From contig JAYENL010000077.1 of NCBI GenBank assembly GCA_034722055.1, forward strand, positions 1 to 44,540: a stretch of DNA of 44,540 nucleotides. The letters are read 5' to 3'. Position numbers and translations under genes: made by a program. Numbering within the stretch: the stretch's first letter is position 1; the number at the start of each line of letters is the position of its first letter. This DNA is from Armatimonadota bacterium (lineage in GTDB: Bacteria > Armatimonadota > Zipacnadia > Zipacnadales > UBA5352). Of the stretch, positions 26,070 to 35,057 are shown one piece after another. The notes under the pieces were generated by a model that did not search any database, was not told where the DNA came from, and worked only from the letters and a program-made list of their open reading frames with translations.

Positions 26070-26075
26070 TATACT
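26067..26075 (+). promoter_or_regulatory. Putative extended -10 promoter for pcrA
   Basis: TGaTATACT, in which the TGA is the stop codon of the TPR gene; about 95 nt upstream of pcrA. Confidence 0.45.
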
Positions 26076-26169
26076 GGGGATAGCCGGGAGCTGAGCGGGG
26101 ACCACTGCGCGCCCTCGGGAGATCGGGGGCGCGTGATGTTCGCGCCATCCGCATGGGAGCCTACCATCG

Positions 26170-28482
26170 ATGTCATTGCTGGAGCAGCTCAACGAACAAC
26201 AGCGCGAAGCCGCCCAGTGCATCGAGGGGCCGGTGCTCATCTTCGCCGGCGCCGGCTCGGGCAAGACCCGCGCGCTGACCTACCGCATCGCCCACATGAT
26301 CGAGAATGAGGGCATCGACCCGCGCTCCATCCTCGCGGTGACCTTCACCAACAAGGCAGCCGACGAGATGACCGAGCGCATCGAGCAGCTCGCCGGCGAG
26401 AGCGCCGGCGGCCTGTGGGCGGGGACATTCCACGCCATCTGCGCCCGCATCCTGCGCGTTGACGGTCGGCACGTGGGCGTGCCCCCGGAGTACTCCATCT
26501 TCGACGAGAGCGACCAGTCCTCCATCGTCAAGGACGTGCGCTCGCGGGTGGAGGTCAAGCTCCCCGAGAGCGACCGCTGCCGCGACCGCACCAACGCCGA
26601 GGTCCTCTGGGCCATCAGCAACGCCAAGAACGAGCTGATGACGCCCGACGACTACCGCCGCACGGCCAAGGGTCGCTTCGAGCGGCTGGTCAGCCGCGTC
26701 TACAGGGCATACCAGGAGGAGCTTGAGCGCAACAACGCGCTGGACTTCGACGACCTGATCATGCAGACCGTGGAGCTGCTGGAGGAGCACGAGGAGGTCC
26801 GCCGCAAGTACCAGCAGCGCTTCCGGTACATCCTGGTCGATGAGTACCAGGACATCAACCACGCGCAGTTCAGGTTCGTGCAGCTTCTGGCCGCCGAGCA
26901 TGGCAACCTGTGCGTGGTGGGCGATGACGACCAGTCGATCTACGGCTGGCGCGGCGCGAACGTGGGGATCATCCTGGATTTTCAGGAGCACTTCCCCGAC
27001 GCCACGGTCATCAAGCTGGAGCGCAACTACCGCTCCACGGCCAAGATCATCGAGTGCGCCAACGAGGTCATCCGCCATAATGAGAACCGGGCCGACAAGC
27101 GCCTGTGGACCGCGAATCCGCCAGGCGACAACGTGATCGTTTACGAGGCCATCAACGAGGAGGAGGAGGCGGAGTGGGTCGCCCAGACGATTGAGACGCA
27201 GGTGGGCGACGAGCTGGCGCGCTACGGCGACTACGCGGTGCTCTACCGCGTGAACGCCGCCTCGCGGAACTTCGAGCAGGCGCTGGCGGCGCGGCAGATC
27301 CCCTACGAGATCGTCGGCGGCATGCGGTACTACGACCGTGCGGAGATCAAGGATGCGCTGGCGTATCTTCGGGCGCTGCACAACCCGGCGGACAACCTGT
27401 CGCTGCGGCGGATCATCAACACCCCCACGCGCGGCATCGGCGACACCACGCAGGGGGAGCTGACGCTCATCTCCGAGCAGAACCAGGTGTCGCTGCTGGA
27501 GGCCTGCCGCATCTACGCTGCGGATGAGGACCGGCGACCGCAGTCGCGGGTTGCGGTCAGTGACTTCTACGAGCTGATGCGGTCGCTACGGCAGCGCATC
27601 GACACCGCGCCGCTGCCGGACCTGGTTCGGGCGGTGGTGGAGACCACGGGCCTCATCGACAAGCTCCGGGAGTCCGGCAAGGCCGAGGATGCCATGCGGG
27701 TGGAGAACCTGCAGGAGTTCGTGACGGTGGCGGCGGCCTTCACGCGGCAGAATCCGGACGTGGGCCTGCAGGAGTTCCTGGAGCACATCGCCCTCATCTC
27801 GGACATCGACGAGGCCGAGGAGCTATCGGGCGCGGTGTCGCTGATGACGCTGCACTCGGCCAAGGGCCTGGAGTTCCCCATCGTGTTCATGGCCTCGATG
27901 GAGGAGGGGATCTTCCCCCACGAGCGCTGCATGGGCGACGAGCACGAGCTGGAGGAGGAGCGGCGCCTGGCCTACGTGGGCATGACGCGGGCGCAGAAGC
28001 TGCTGTATCTCAGCCACGCCTTCCATCGAACCATCTACGGTGAGACGCGCCGGCAGCGGCCCTCGCGCTTCCTGGCGGACCTGCCGGAGGAGCTGATCGA
28101 CCGCCGCGAGCGGTACTCGGACGCCTCGCAGCCCCGGATGCTCGACAGCGGCGAGGAGGTGCTGGAGACGCCCTCCGGTGGGCGGAAGATCGACATCGCC
28201 GCCATCCTGGCGCGGGCGGAGGCCAACGCTGAAGAGGCCGACCGCCGGGAGAAGGAGGGCGCGGCCGAGCAGGAGCCCCGCGAGGAGAGGCCCCGTGAGC
28301 CGGCCGAGACGGCGGCTGGCGGCTTCAAGACCGGTCAGAAGGTGCGGCATCCCAAGTTCGGCCACGGCATCGTGGTCGCAGCGGAGGAGGCCAGGGATGA
28401 CTGGAAGGTCACGGTGGCCTTCCGGGATGGCGGGGGCGTGAAGAAGCTGCTCGCGAAGGCCGCCAGGCTCGAGAGGCTCTGA
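26170..28482 (+). CDS. pcrA: PcrA/UvrD superfamily 1 DNA helicase
   Basis: LNEQQREA, AGAGSGKT, AVTFTNKAA, LVDEYQD, VVGDDDQSIYGWRGA, LERNYRST, MTLHSAKGLEF, EEERRLAYVGMTRA and a C-terminal Tudor-like GQKVRHPKFGHG. Confidence 0.95.
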   Translation: MSLLEQLNEQQREAAQCIEGPVLIFAGAGSGKTRALTYRIAHMIENEGIDPRSILAVTFTNKAADEMTERIEQLAGESAGGLWAGTFHAICARILRVDGRHVGVPPEYSIFDESDQSSIVKDVRSRVEVKLPESDRCRDRTNAEVLWAISNAKNELMTPDDYRRTAKGRFERLVSRVYRAYQEELERNNALDFDDLIMQTVELLEEHEEVRRKYQQRFRYILVDEYQDINHAQFRFVQLLAAEHGNLCVVGDDDQSIYGWRGANVGIILDFQEHFPDATVIKLERNYRSTAKIIECANEVIRHNENRADKRLWTANPPGDNVIVYEAINEEEEAEWVAQTIETQVGDELARYGDYAVLYRVNAASRNFEQALAARQIPYEIVGGMRYYDRAEIKDALAYLRALHNPADNLSLRRIINTPTRGIGDTTQGELTLISEQNQVSLLEACRIYAADEDRRPQSRVAVSDFYELMRSLRQRIDTAPLPDLVRAVVETTGLIDKLRESGKAEDAMRVENLQEFVTVAAAFTRQNPDVGLQEFLEHIALISDIDEAEELSGAVSLMTLHSAKGLEFPIVFMASMEEGIFPHERCMGDEHELEEERRLAYVGMTRAQKLLYLSHAFHRTIYGETRRQRPSRFLADLPEELIDRRERYSDASQPRMLDSGEEVLETPSGGRKIDIAAILARAEANAEEADRREKEGAAEQEPREERPREPAETAAGGFKTGQKVRHPKFGHGIVVAAEEARDDWKVTVAFRDGGGVKKLLAKAARLERL

Positions 28483-28498
28483 CCGGGCCGGGCGCCCG

Positions 28499-29557
28499 TC
28501 AGGAGCGGTTCAGCCACAGATCGATGTGCCGCTGTGGCATGTAGGGCTTGCCGACGATGTCGGGGCGGCCGTCGCCGTCGATGTCGGCGACCTTGGCCTC
28601 ATGCGTGGGGATGCCGCGGGAGATGACCTGCTCCTCGAAGCCGCCGTCCCGAAGGTTCCGCAAGATCAGCAGCTCCGGCTGGTGAGGGTTGCGCCCCAGG
28701 CCTATCTCCCCGACGAAGATGTCGAGCGCGCCGTCGCCGTCGAAGTCCGCCAGCGCCAGGCTGTGGGGGTGGAAGAGGCCCTCGCGCAGCAGCTCCGGCT
28801 CGAAGTCGGGCGCATCGCAGAGGGCCAGGCGGCCCTCGTTGCTCTCGCCCTCGCACAGCACGATCTCCAGCGCGCCATCTGCATCGAGGTCGCCGACCGC
28901 CACGCGCGTGGTGACGAAATCCTCCGCGTAGGTGCGCCGGGACCAGGCGTGGTCACCACGGCTGAAGATGTGCGTGCCGGCGATGATCTCGCTGCGGCCA
29001 TCGCCGTCGAGGTCCACGATCACCAGGCCCTCGATGTTCTCCATGTCATCAGCGATGATGGTCAGGCGCTCCTCCGGCCAGGGCTCGATGGTGGGGTCCT
29101 CCGGGATGTCGTAGTGGGCCAGCACCCCGGCGACCTGGGAGAGGAAGACCACCTCCGGCTCACCGTCGCCGTCCACGTCGCCGACGGCCTGGTCGTGATA
29201 CTTGGCGAAGCGGTCGGTGAGCACTCGGACCGGCCACGGCTCACGGGGGTCGGCCGGGCACTCGAACCACCACAGCAGATGGCCGTCCCGTCCCTGCTGG
29301 CCGGCGATGACGTCGGGTCGGCCGTCGCCGTTGACGTCCACGACCACGCCGCCGGCCTCCAGGTTCGGCGCGTCGGCGGCCTCGTGGCGCGCCCAGCCGG
29401 GATTCTCGTACCAGAACAGGTTCGGCGGGCCCTCCTTGCCGCCGATGATGACGTCCGGCAGGCCGTTGCCGGTCAGGTCGTGCAGCAGCGTGATGTCATG
29501 GTGCGACCCCGGCGGGTCGGAGTCGATGAGTGTGTGCTCGAAGCGCAGTTCTGGCAT
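28499..29557 (-). CDS. FG-GAP / VCBS repeat beta-propeller protein
   Basis: About 7 DxDGDG-type repeats (DLTGNGLPDV, DVNGDGRPDV, DVDGDGEPEV, DLDGDGRSEI, DLDADGALEI, DFDGDGALDI, DIDGDGRPDI). AAGGAGG RBS. Confidence 0.88.
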   Translation of the reverse strand: MPELRFEHTLIDSDPPGSHHDITLLHDLTGNGLPDVIIGGKEGPPNLFWYENPGWARHEAADAPNLEAGGVVVDVNGDGRPDVIAGQQGRDGHLLWWFECPADPREPWPVRVLTDRFAKYHDQAVGDVDGDGEPEVVFLSQVAGVLAHYDIPEDPTIEPWPEERLTIIADDMENIEGLVIVDLDGDGRSEIIAGTHIFSRGDHAWSRRTYAEDFVTTRVAVGDLDADGALEIVLCEGESNEGRLALCDAPDFEPELLREGLFHPHSLALADFDGDGALDIFVGEIGLGRNPHQPELLILRNLRDGGFEEQVISRGIPTHEAKVADIDGDGRPDIVGKPYMPQRHIDLWLNRS

Positions 29558-29694
29558 GACGACCCTCCTTCAGCCCGACCGTAGATGCAACGCTACCGTG
29601 TTCGCCGCGCTATCGCAACGGTCCTTGGGGGAGGTCCGCTGCGACCGCGCGGAGAAGCGTCCATCGTCCGGTCATCGATCGGTGGGAGGCTGCC

Positions 29695-30519
29695 ATGGCG
29701 CTGAGGATCGCGATCTGCTCGAAGATTCTGCAGGAGTACGAGATCTCCGAGGCGGTGAGTATCGCCGCCGAGATCGGCTACGAGGGCATGGAGATCTTCG
29801 GCCTGGAGCGCCATCTGCCCCCGGACGTCTCCGATGAGATGGTCTCGGGGCTGGCCGGGCAGCTTAGCAACGTGGGGATGGAGGCCGTGACGCTGTGCAC
29901 CTACGTGGGGCTGTTCTCGCAGAAGAGCGATGACGAGTGCCTGGAGGAGGTCGAGAAGTTCCGGCGCTACCTGGAGATCGCCCAGGAGCTGGAGTGCGAC
30001 CTCATCCGGGTGCAGCCGGGCGGCCCGCCTCAGCCGTCGGCGGCCCGCGAGGACCACTGGGTGCGGGCGGCCCACTACCTGCGGGAGTGCTGCGACCTGG
30101 CACTGAGCCGCGACACCGGCGTGGTGATGGAGAACAACTTCGGGCTCTCCGCCACCTGCGACGCCACCATGGAGATGGTCGCCCGGGTGGACCGGCCGAA
30201 CCTGGGCATCAACTACGATCCGGGGAACCTCTACCGCATGGACCGCTACTACGGCATCGAGGCCCTGGCGCGCTTCGGCGAGCTGGTGTGGAACGTGCAG
30301 GTGAAGGACTGCTACCGCGATGAGCACACCGATGACTACGCGCTGCTGCTGGGCGAGGGTGAGGTGGCCTACGCCCCCATCTTCGCCTGGCTCAAAGAGG
30401 TGGACTACGACGGCCACGTCTCCGCCGAGTCCCACAAGGAGCCCACCGAGGAGCTCACCGCCGTGGACATCGCCCGCCACGAGTACCAGGCCATCCGGGC
30501 GCTGATCGAGAGCGCCTGA
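29695..30519 (+). CDS. Sugar phosphate isomerase/epimerase (xylose isomerase-like TIM barrel)
   Basis: AAEIGYEGMEI, VVMENN, LGINYDPGNL, NVQVKD, LGEGEVAY and YDGHVSAE. GGGAGG RBS. Confidence 0.88.
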   Translation: MALRIAICSKILQEYEISEAVSIAAEIGYEGMEIFGLERHLPPDVSDEMVSGLAGQLSNVGMEAVTLCTYVGLFSQKSDDECLEEVEKFRRYLEIAQELECDLIRVQPGGPPQPSAAREDHWVRAAHYLRECCDLALSRDTGVVMENNFGLSATCDATMEMVARVDRPNLGINYDPGNLYRMDRYYGIEALARFGELVWNVQVKDCYRDEHTDDYALLLGEGEVAYAPIFAWLKEVDYDGHVSAESHKEPTEELTAVDIARHEYQAIRALIESA

Positions 30520-30528
30520 CACGCGAGG

Positions 30529-31749
30529 GTGTCTTCATACATGCACCAGACAACGCGGCTTACACTGCACGAGAACGTCCAGTTCATCTACGAGCTGGTC
30601 CTGGCCCAGATGGAGCTGGAGGCGGCCGGCGTGGACTTCGCGGTCGGCGACAACCTCCGAGGGTTCCGGGCCAACGGCCAGCTCGACCGCGAGCGGCTCA
30701 TCCGCCGCTCCGCCTACATCAGATCACTGCAGCCCCTGCACGCCGAGGAGCTGCTGACCGACTACCACCACATCCAGCAGTACAACCAGACGCAGTCGAT
30801 CAACCAGTACCTCACGCACTGGTTCTACCCCTACAAGGGCAAGTTCCACCCCCAGATGATCCGGGCGCTGCTGGGCATCATCGGGCTGGGGCCCGGTGAC
30901 GTGGTGCTGGACCCCTTCATCGGCTCCGGGACCACGGCGGTGGAGGCGCAGCTTCTGGGCATCGACTGCATCGGCGTGGACATCTCGCCACTGTGCTGCC
31001 TCATCTCACGGGTGAAGACGCAGTCCTGGGAGCGCCTCGATGAGATCGAGGAGGCGTCGGAGTACGTGGCGCCCTGCTCGGACAACGTGCACCAGCAGCG
31101 GCTCTTCCGCTCGGCCGAGGACCGGGAGCTGCCTGAGGGGCCGGTGAGGGACTTCTTCGACCTCGCCGAGATGATCGCCCGCTCCGACACCTCCCGCCGG
31201 CGCCGCGACCCGGTGCAGGCCTTCGTGCACAACCGCGACAAGATGCTCGCCTCGGTCCGCGATCACCTGGAGGTGAAGCGGCGGCTGGAGCTGGACTTCG
31301 GCACGGTGGACATCGTCGAGGGCGATGTCCGGGAGATGGAGCTGGAGGACGCCAGCGTGGACGGCATCGTCACCTCGCCGCCCTACTCCATTGCCCTCAA
31401 CTACATCAAGAACGACGAGCACGCGCTGGAGGCCATGGGCTTCGATCTCGACGAGCTGAGCGAGGAGTTCATCGGCGTGCGCGGCCGCGGCAAGGAGCGC
31501 TTCGAGCTCTACGAGGAGGACATGCGCCAGGCGGCGCGGGAGATGCAGCGCGTGATGCGCCCCGGGGCAGTCGCGGCGGTGGTCATCGGCAATGTCACCT
31601 ACCAGGGCGAGGAGATCGACACCACTGGCATGTTCACCGACGCCTGCGAGGACACCGGGCTGAGCCTGGAGCGCTCCGTAGACAAGATCATCTTCGGGCT
31701 CTATAATGTGATGCAGAAGGAGTACATCCTGCTGTTCCGCAAGCAGTGA
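30529..31749 (+). CDS. Amino (N4-cytosine/N6-adenine) DNA methyltransferase, alpha-type motif order
   Basis: THWFYPYKGKFHPQM (motif X), VLDPFIGSGTT (motif I, SAM binding) and then IVTSPPY (motif IV; SPPY is typical of m4C enzymes). Alternative ATG start at 30541. Confidence 0.85.
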   Translation: MSSYMHQTTRLTLHENVQFIYELVLAQMELEAAGVDFAVGDNLRGFRANGQLDRERLIRRSAYIRSLQPLHAEELLTDYHHIQQYNQTQSINQYLTHWFYPYKGKFHPQMIRALLGIIGLGPGDVVLDPFIGSGTTAVEAQLLGIDCIGVDISPLCCLISRVKTQSWERLDEIEEASEYVAPCSDNVHQQRLFRSAEDRELPEGPVRDFFDLAEMIARSDTSRRRRDPVQAFVHNRDKMLASVRDHLEVKRRLELDFGTVDIVEGDVREMELEDASVDGIVTSPPYSIALNYIKNDEHALEAMGFDLDELSEEFIGVRGRGKERFELYEEDMRQAAREMQRVMRPGAVAAVVIGNVTYQGEEIDTTGMFTDACEDTGLSLERSVDKIIFGLYNVMQKEYILLFRKQ

Positions 31750-31828
31750 GCGCGTTCGGGGCGTGGGCGGATTCCCTCCCAGCGCCCTGGACGATGGTCT
31801 GACAGCCCGCTGACGCAGGGAGAGGGCC

Positions 31829-32521
31829 ATGATGTCGAGCGCCTGCCGCCGGATGGTGGTTGCCGCCGTGTCCCTGATCGCCGCGGCGACGGTCCTTGCC
31901 GACGAGGACGCCGCGGAGCATAAGATCCAGATCAGCGACATCGACGTGCGTCACGGCGAATGGGAGAAGGTCCCGCTTGAGGGCGACAAGGCGATCCGCG
32001 TCGCCGAGGACGATACGCAGCGTACTATCACGGTGTCCCTGCGACGCACCCAGGCCCAGGTGGGCGCGACCCTCTCCCGGGGCGGCGAGGCCACCCGCCG
32101 GCACACCGAGCTGGCGCTGTACGAGCTGGTCGCGACGGAGGAGGGCAGCGACTACCAGTGGGCGGTCTTCACCTGCAAGCCCTACGAGGTTAATCTCTTC
32201 TCCCTCGGCCCCGACCGGAACTACCTGGTGTGGCTGTTCGCCACTCACCTGGTCATCACGGAGGTCTCCAAAGCCAGGACACCGGAGGCGGCCTTCGCCG
32301 AGCGCTACCGCCGACGAGGATGGCCACACGTGGCGGCCGTCTACCTCACCGAGGCGCTGCCGCCGGCCCTCTGGGGGCTGGACGCGGTTCGCATCCTGGC
32401 GGATGTGAAGGGGCTCGAGGTTGACGAGCAGGGGCGCATGACCGTCAGCCTCTCGGTCCCGGATGCCGAGCAGGATGTCAGGCTCGTGTCGGCCGACGGG
32501 AAGGCGTGGCGGCTGCAGTAG
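31829..32521 (+). CDS. Hypothetical secreted protein
   Basis: Signal-peptide-like N-terminus (RRMVVAAVSLIAAATVLA-DED), GGAGAGG RBS and host-like codon usage; no recognisable motifs. Confidence 0.65.
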   Translation: MMSSACRRMVVAAVSLIAAATVLADEDAAEHKIQISDIDVRHGEWEKVPLEGDKAIRVAEDDTQRTITVSLRRTQAQVGATLSRGGEATRRHTELALYELVATEEGSDYQWAVFTCKPYEVNLFSLGPDRNYLVWLFATHLVITEVSKARTPEAAFAERYRRRGWPHVAAVYLTEALPPALWGLDAVRILADVKGLEVDEQGRMTVSLSVPDAEQDVRLVSADGKAWRLQ

Positions 32522-32595
32522 GGCGACGGACGCCGGCGCGATACAGGGGGGTGGCGCGCGGGCCGATGACTCATGGGGAGGTTTTGGGGAGCCAC

Positions 32596-34122
32596 ATGGG
32601 ACGCCAGGAGACGGTGACCGCTGACCTTGACCGCTTCCTCGAAGTGCTGCCTGATCGGGTGCGCCAGTGGCTGGAGGCTCACCCGGACCTCGGCGACCTC
32701 AAGGAGGTCGTCATTGACCTCGGGCGCCCCATCGGCGCCCGCTTCGGCCAGACCTACGAGCTCATCGGGGACAGTTCGGCTCTGCGCGCGGACATTGACT
32801 ACGTGACCTCGCACGTGGGGGAGTTCGACCGCGACAACCGGGCGGGGATCGAGGAGACGCTGCATCGCATCGGCGGGATCCGCAACCGGCACGGGGAGAT
32901 CGTGGGCCTGACCTGCCGCGTGGGCCGGGCGGTCTACGGAACGCTGGAGATCATCCGCGACGTCATCGAGAGTGGCTTCAACATCCTCCTGCTGGGCAAG
33001 CCGGGGGTGGGGAAGACCACGAAGCTGCGCGAGGTGGCCCGGGTGCTGGCCGACGAGTTCGACAAGCGCGTCGTGGTGGTGGACACCAACAACGAGATCG
33101 GCGGTGGCGGAGACGTCCCTCACCCCGCCATCGGTGGCGCCCGGCGGATGCAGGTGCCCCATGACCGGCTGCAGGCTGAGCTGATGATCGAGGCGGTTGA
33201 GAACCACATGCCGGAGGTCGTGGTGGTGGACGAGATCGGCACCGAGCAGGAGGCCGAGGCGGCCCGGACCATCGCCGAGCGCGGCGTGCAGCTCATCGCC
33301 ACCGCCCACGGCAACGATCTCGAGAACCTGATGGCCAATCCCACTCTCTCGGACCTGATCGGTGGCATCCAGGCCGTGGTGCTCAGCGACGAGGAGGCCA
33401 AGCGGCGCGGCACTCAGAAGACCGTCCTGGAGCGCCAGTCCCCGCCCACCTTCGACATCGTCATCGAGATCCAGGCCATCAACCAGCTCGCCATCCACCA
33501 CGACGTGGCTGAGACCGTGGACAGCATCCTCCGCGGCGAGCCCATCACCGCTGAGCTGCGGGAGTTCGGCGACCGCGGCGAGATCGTAGCCGTGGAGCGC
33601 TCCGTCACCCCCGGCGCCGAGGTCGCCGTCGGCGAGGAGACCGATCCCCTGGAGGCGGAGTTGCAGCGCGCCGAGAGGCGCTCGCGCGTCATGCGCGTGC
33701 TCCCCGTGGGCGTCAGCCGCGAGCTGCTCGAGCGTGCCCTGCGCGAGCGGCGAGTGCCTGCCACCGTGAGCCGAGAGCCCGAGGGCGCCGACGTGGCGGT
33801 GGCCCTGGAGCGCGCCGCCGAGCTGGGCCGCGTCCCCGACGAGATCGCCGCAACGGTGACCGTGCGCAGCAACACCTACTCGCAGATCGAGGAGGCGGTG
33901 GAGGAGATCGCCGCGGAGCAGGGCACCGCCCGCGAGGACTTCGCGCTCAAGGAGGCGGCGGAGGCCATCGAGAAGGTGCTGGCCGAGAACGTGCCCGTGG
34001 AGCTCCTGCCCCAGAGCGCCTACGTGCGGCGGCTGCAGCGGGAGCTGATCGCCAAGCGCAACCTCGAGTCCAAGACGGTGGGCGAGGAGCCGCGGCGGCG
34101 CGTGCGGCTGCTCCCGCCCTGA
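32596..34122 (+). CDS. Ycf45 / SpoIIIAA-like AAA ATPase with C-terminal R3H-like domain
   Basis: EVVIDLGR, DNRAGIEETLHRI, GLTCRVGRAV, GKPGVGKTT (Walker A), MIEAVENHMPEVVVVDEIG (Walker B), GVQLIATAHG and VELLPQSAYVRRLQ...GEEPRRRVRL. Start trimmed to ATG 32596. Confidence 0.9.
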   Translation: MGRQETVTADLDRFLEVLPDRVRQWLEAHPDLGDLKEVVIDLGRPIGARFGQTYELIGDSSALRADIDYVTSHVGEFDRDNRAGIEETLHRIGGIRNRHGEIVGLTCRVGRAVYGTLEIIRDVIESGFNILLLGKPGVGKTTKLREVARVLADEFDKRVVVVDTNNEIGGGGDVPHPAIGGARRMQVPHDRLQAELMIEAVENHMPEVVVVDEIGTEQEAEAARTIAERGVQLIATAHGNDLENLMANPTLSDLIGGIQAVVLSDEEAKRRGTQKTVLERQSPPTFDIVIEIQAINQLAIHHDVAETVDSILRGEPITAELREFGDRGEIVAVERSVTPGAEVAVGEETDPLEAELQRAERRSRVMRVLPVGVSRELLERALRERRVPATVSREPEGADVAVALERAAELGRVPDEIAATVTVRSNTYSQIEEAVEEIAAEQGTAREDFALKEAAEAIEKVLAENVPVELLPQSAYVRRLQRELIAKRNLESKTVGEEPRRRVRLLPP

Positions 34123-34135
34123 CCGGAGGCGCCCG

Positions 34136-34777
34136 GTGAGCTGCCCCTACCGCTTCATCGTCCTCGACGGCGTGGAGGGCGCCGGCAAGTCCACGCAGAT
34201 CGAGCGCCTCGCCGAGGCCCTGCGCGCGGGCGGCGAGGACGTGCTTGTCACCATCGAGCCCGGCGGCAGCCCCATCGGCGAGGCCGTCCGCGACCTGCTG
34301 CTGTCCCCGGATTACCCTGAGATGACTCCGCTGACCGAGCTCTTCCTCTTCTGCGCCTCCCGCGCCCAGCACTGCGACGAGGTCGTCCGCCCCGCGCTGG
34401 AGGCAGGGAAGGTCGTCGTGTGCGATCGCTTTACGGCCGCCACCTTCGCCTACCAGGGATACGCTGGCGAGGCCGGGGAGGAGCTGGTGGTGCGCCTCGA
34501 CGCGGAGGCCACGCGCGGCCTCGTCCCCGACATGACCATCATCCTCGACCTGCCGCCGGAGGAGGGGCTGGCGCGCAAGTTCGGCGCCGAGGCCGTGAGC
34601 ACAGCCAACGCGGACCGCATCGAGCGGAATGAGCTGCGGTTCCACCTCCGCGTGCGCCAGGGCTTCCAGGAGTACGCCCGGCGCTACCCCGACCGCACCG
34701 CCATCGTGGACGCCTCGCAGACCGAGGACGAGGTGTTCGCGGAGGTGTGCAGGGCGTTGGCGATCGAGACGGCCTGA
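34136..34777 (+). CDS. tmk: Thymidylate (dTMP) kinase
   Basis: FIVLDGVEGAGKSTQ, EPGG, ELFLFCASRAQH, VVCDRFTAATFAYQG, PDMTIILD and DRIE. Confidence 0.95.
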   Translation: MSCPYRFIVLDGVEGAGKSTQIERLAEALRAGGEDVLVTIEPGGSPIGEAVRDLLLSPDYPEMTPLTELFLFCASRAQHCDEVVRPALEAGKVVVCDRFTAATFAYQGYAGEAGEELVVRLDAEATRGLVPDMTIILDLPPEEGLARKFGAEAVSTANADRIERNELRFHLRVRQGFQEYARRYPDRTAIVDASQTEDEVFAEVCRALAIETA

Positions 34778-34847
34778 CCGACGTGTAGATCGGCCATCGT
34801 GCCCGACCCGTAAGGGAATGCTGCGAGCGGGAGGCTGGAGGCTGACG

Positions 34848-34957
34848 GCGATGCCTCTAATGTCGTACGGAGGGGCGGCGTGCCGACGCTGCCTGCCGTT
34901 GTGGGTGGCTGTTTCCGTGCCGTACGGAGGGGCCGGACCACTGTCCGGCCCGCCGTT
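34848..34957 (+). repeat. REP-like doublet (copies 2 and 3); left arm of an ~110-bp inverted repeat
   Basis: CGTACGGAG-gGGCGGCGT-gccg-ACGCTGCCt-GCCGTTG (34864-34901) and CGTACGGAG-GGGCCGGAC-cact-GTCCGGCCC-GCCGTT (34921-34957). Confidence 0.85.
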
Positions 34958-35057
34958 ATCTTCCAGCCTGCTGCCGTTGGTGTGAGAGCAGCACTGCACA
35001 AGCTCGGTCCCGCTTGGTCGAGGCCGGGCTCTGTTGGGTACTGTGCCGACGCCGAGC

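Noticed and set aside
23190..26169. Classical mobile element call for the NTPase-TPR module
   Set aside because: No transposase, integrase, tRNA target, terminal repeats or target-site duplication was found. The only evidence is compositional, so it is not listed as a mobile_element.
30529..32521. Type II restriction-modification pair
   Set aside because: The downstream gene has a signal-peptide-like N-terminus and no recognisable PD-(D/E)xK, HNH or GIY-YIG motif.
3166..34777. Pyrimidine/nucleotide supercluster (pyrK, pyrD, surE, pyrG, tmk)
   Set aside because: The genes are spread over 31 kb with many unrelated genes between them, and I found no shared regulatory motif.
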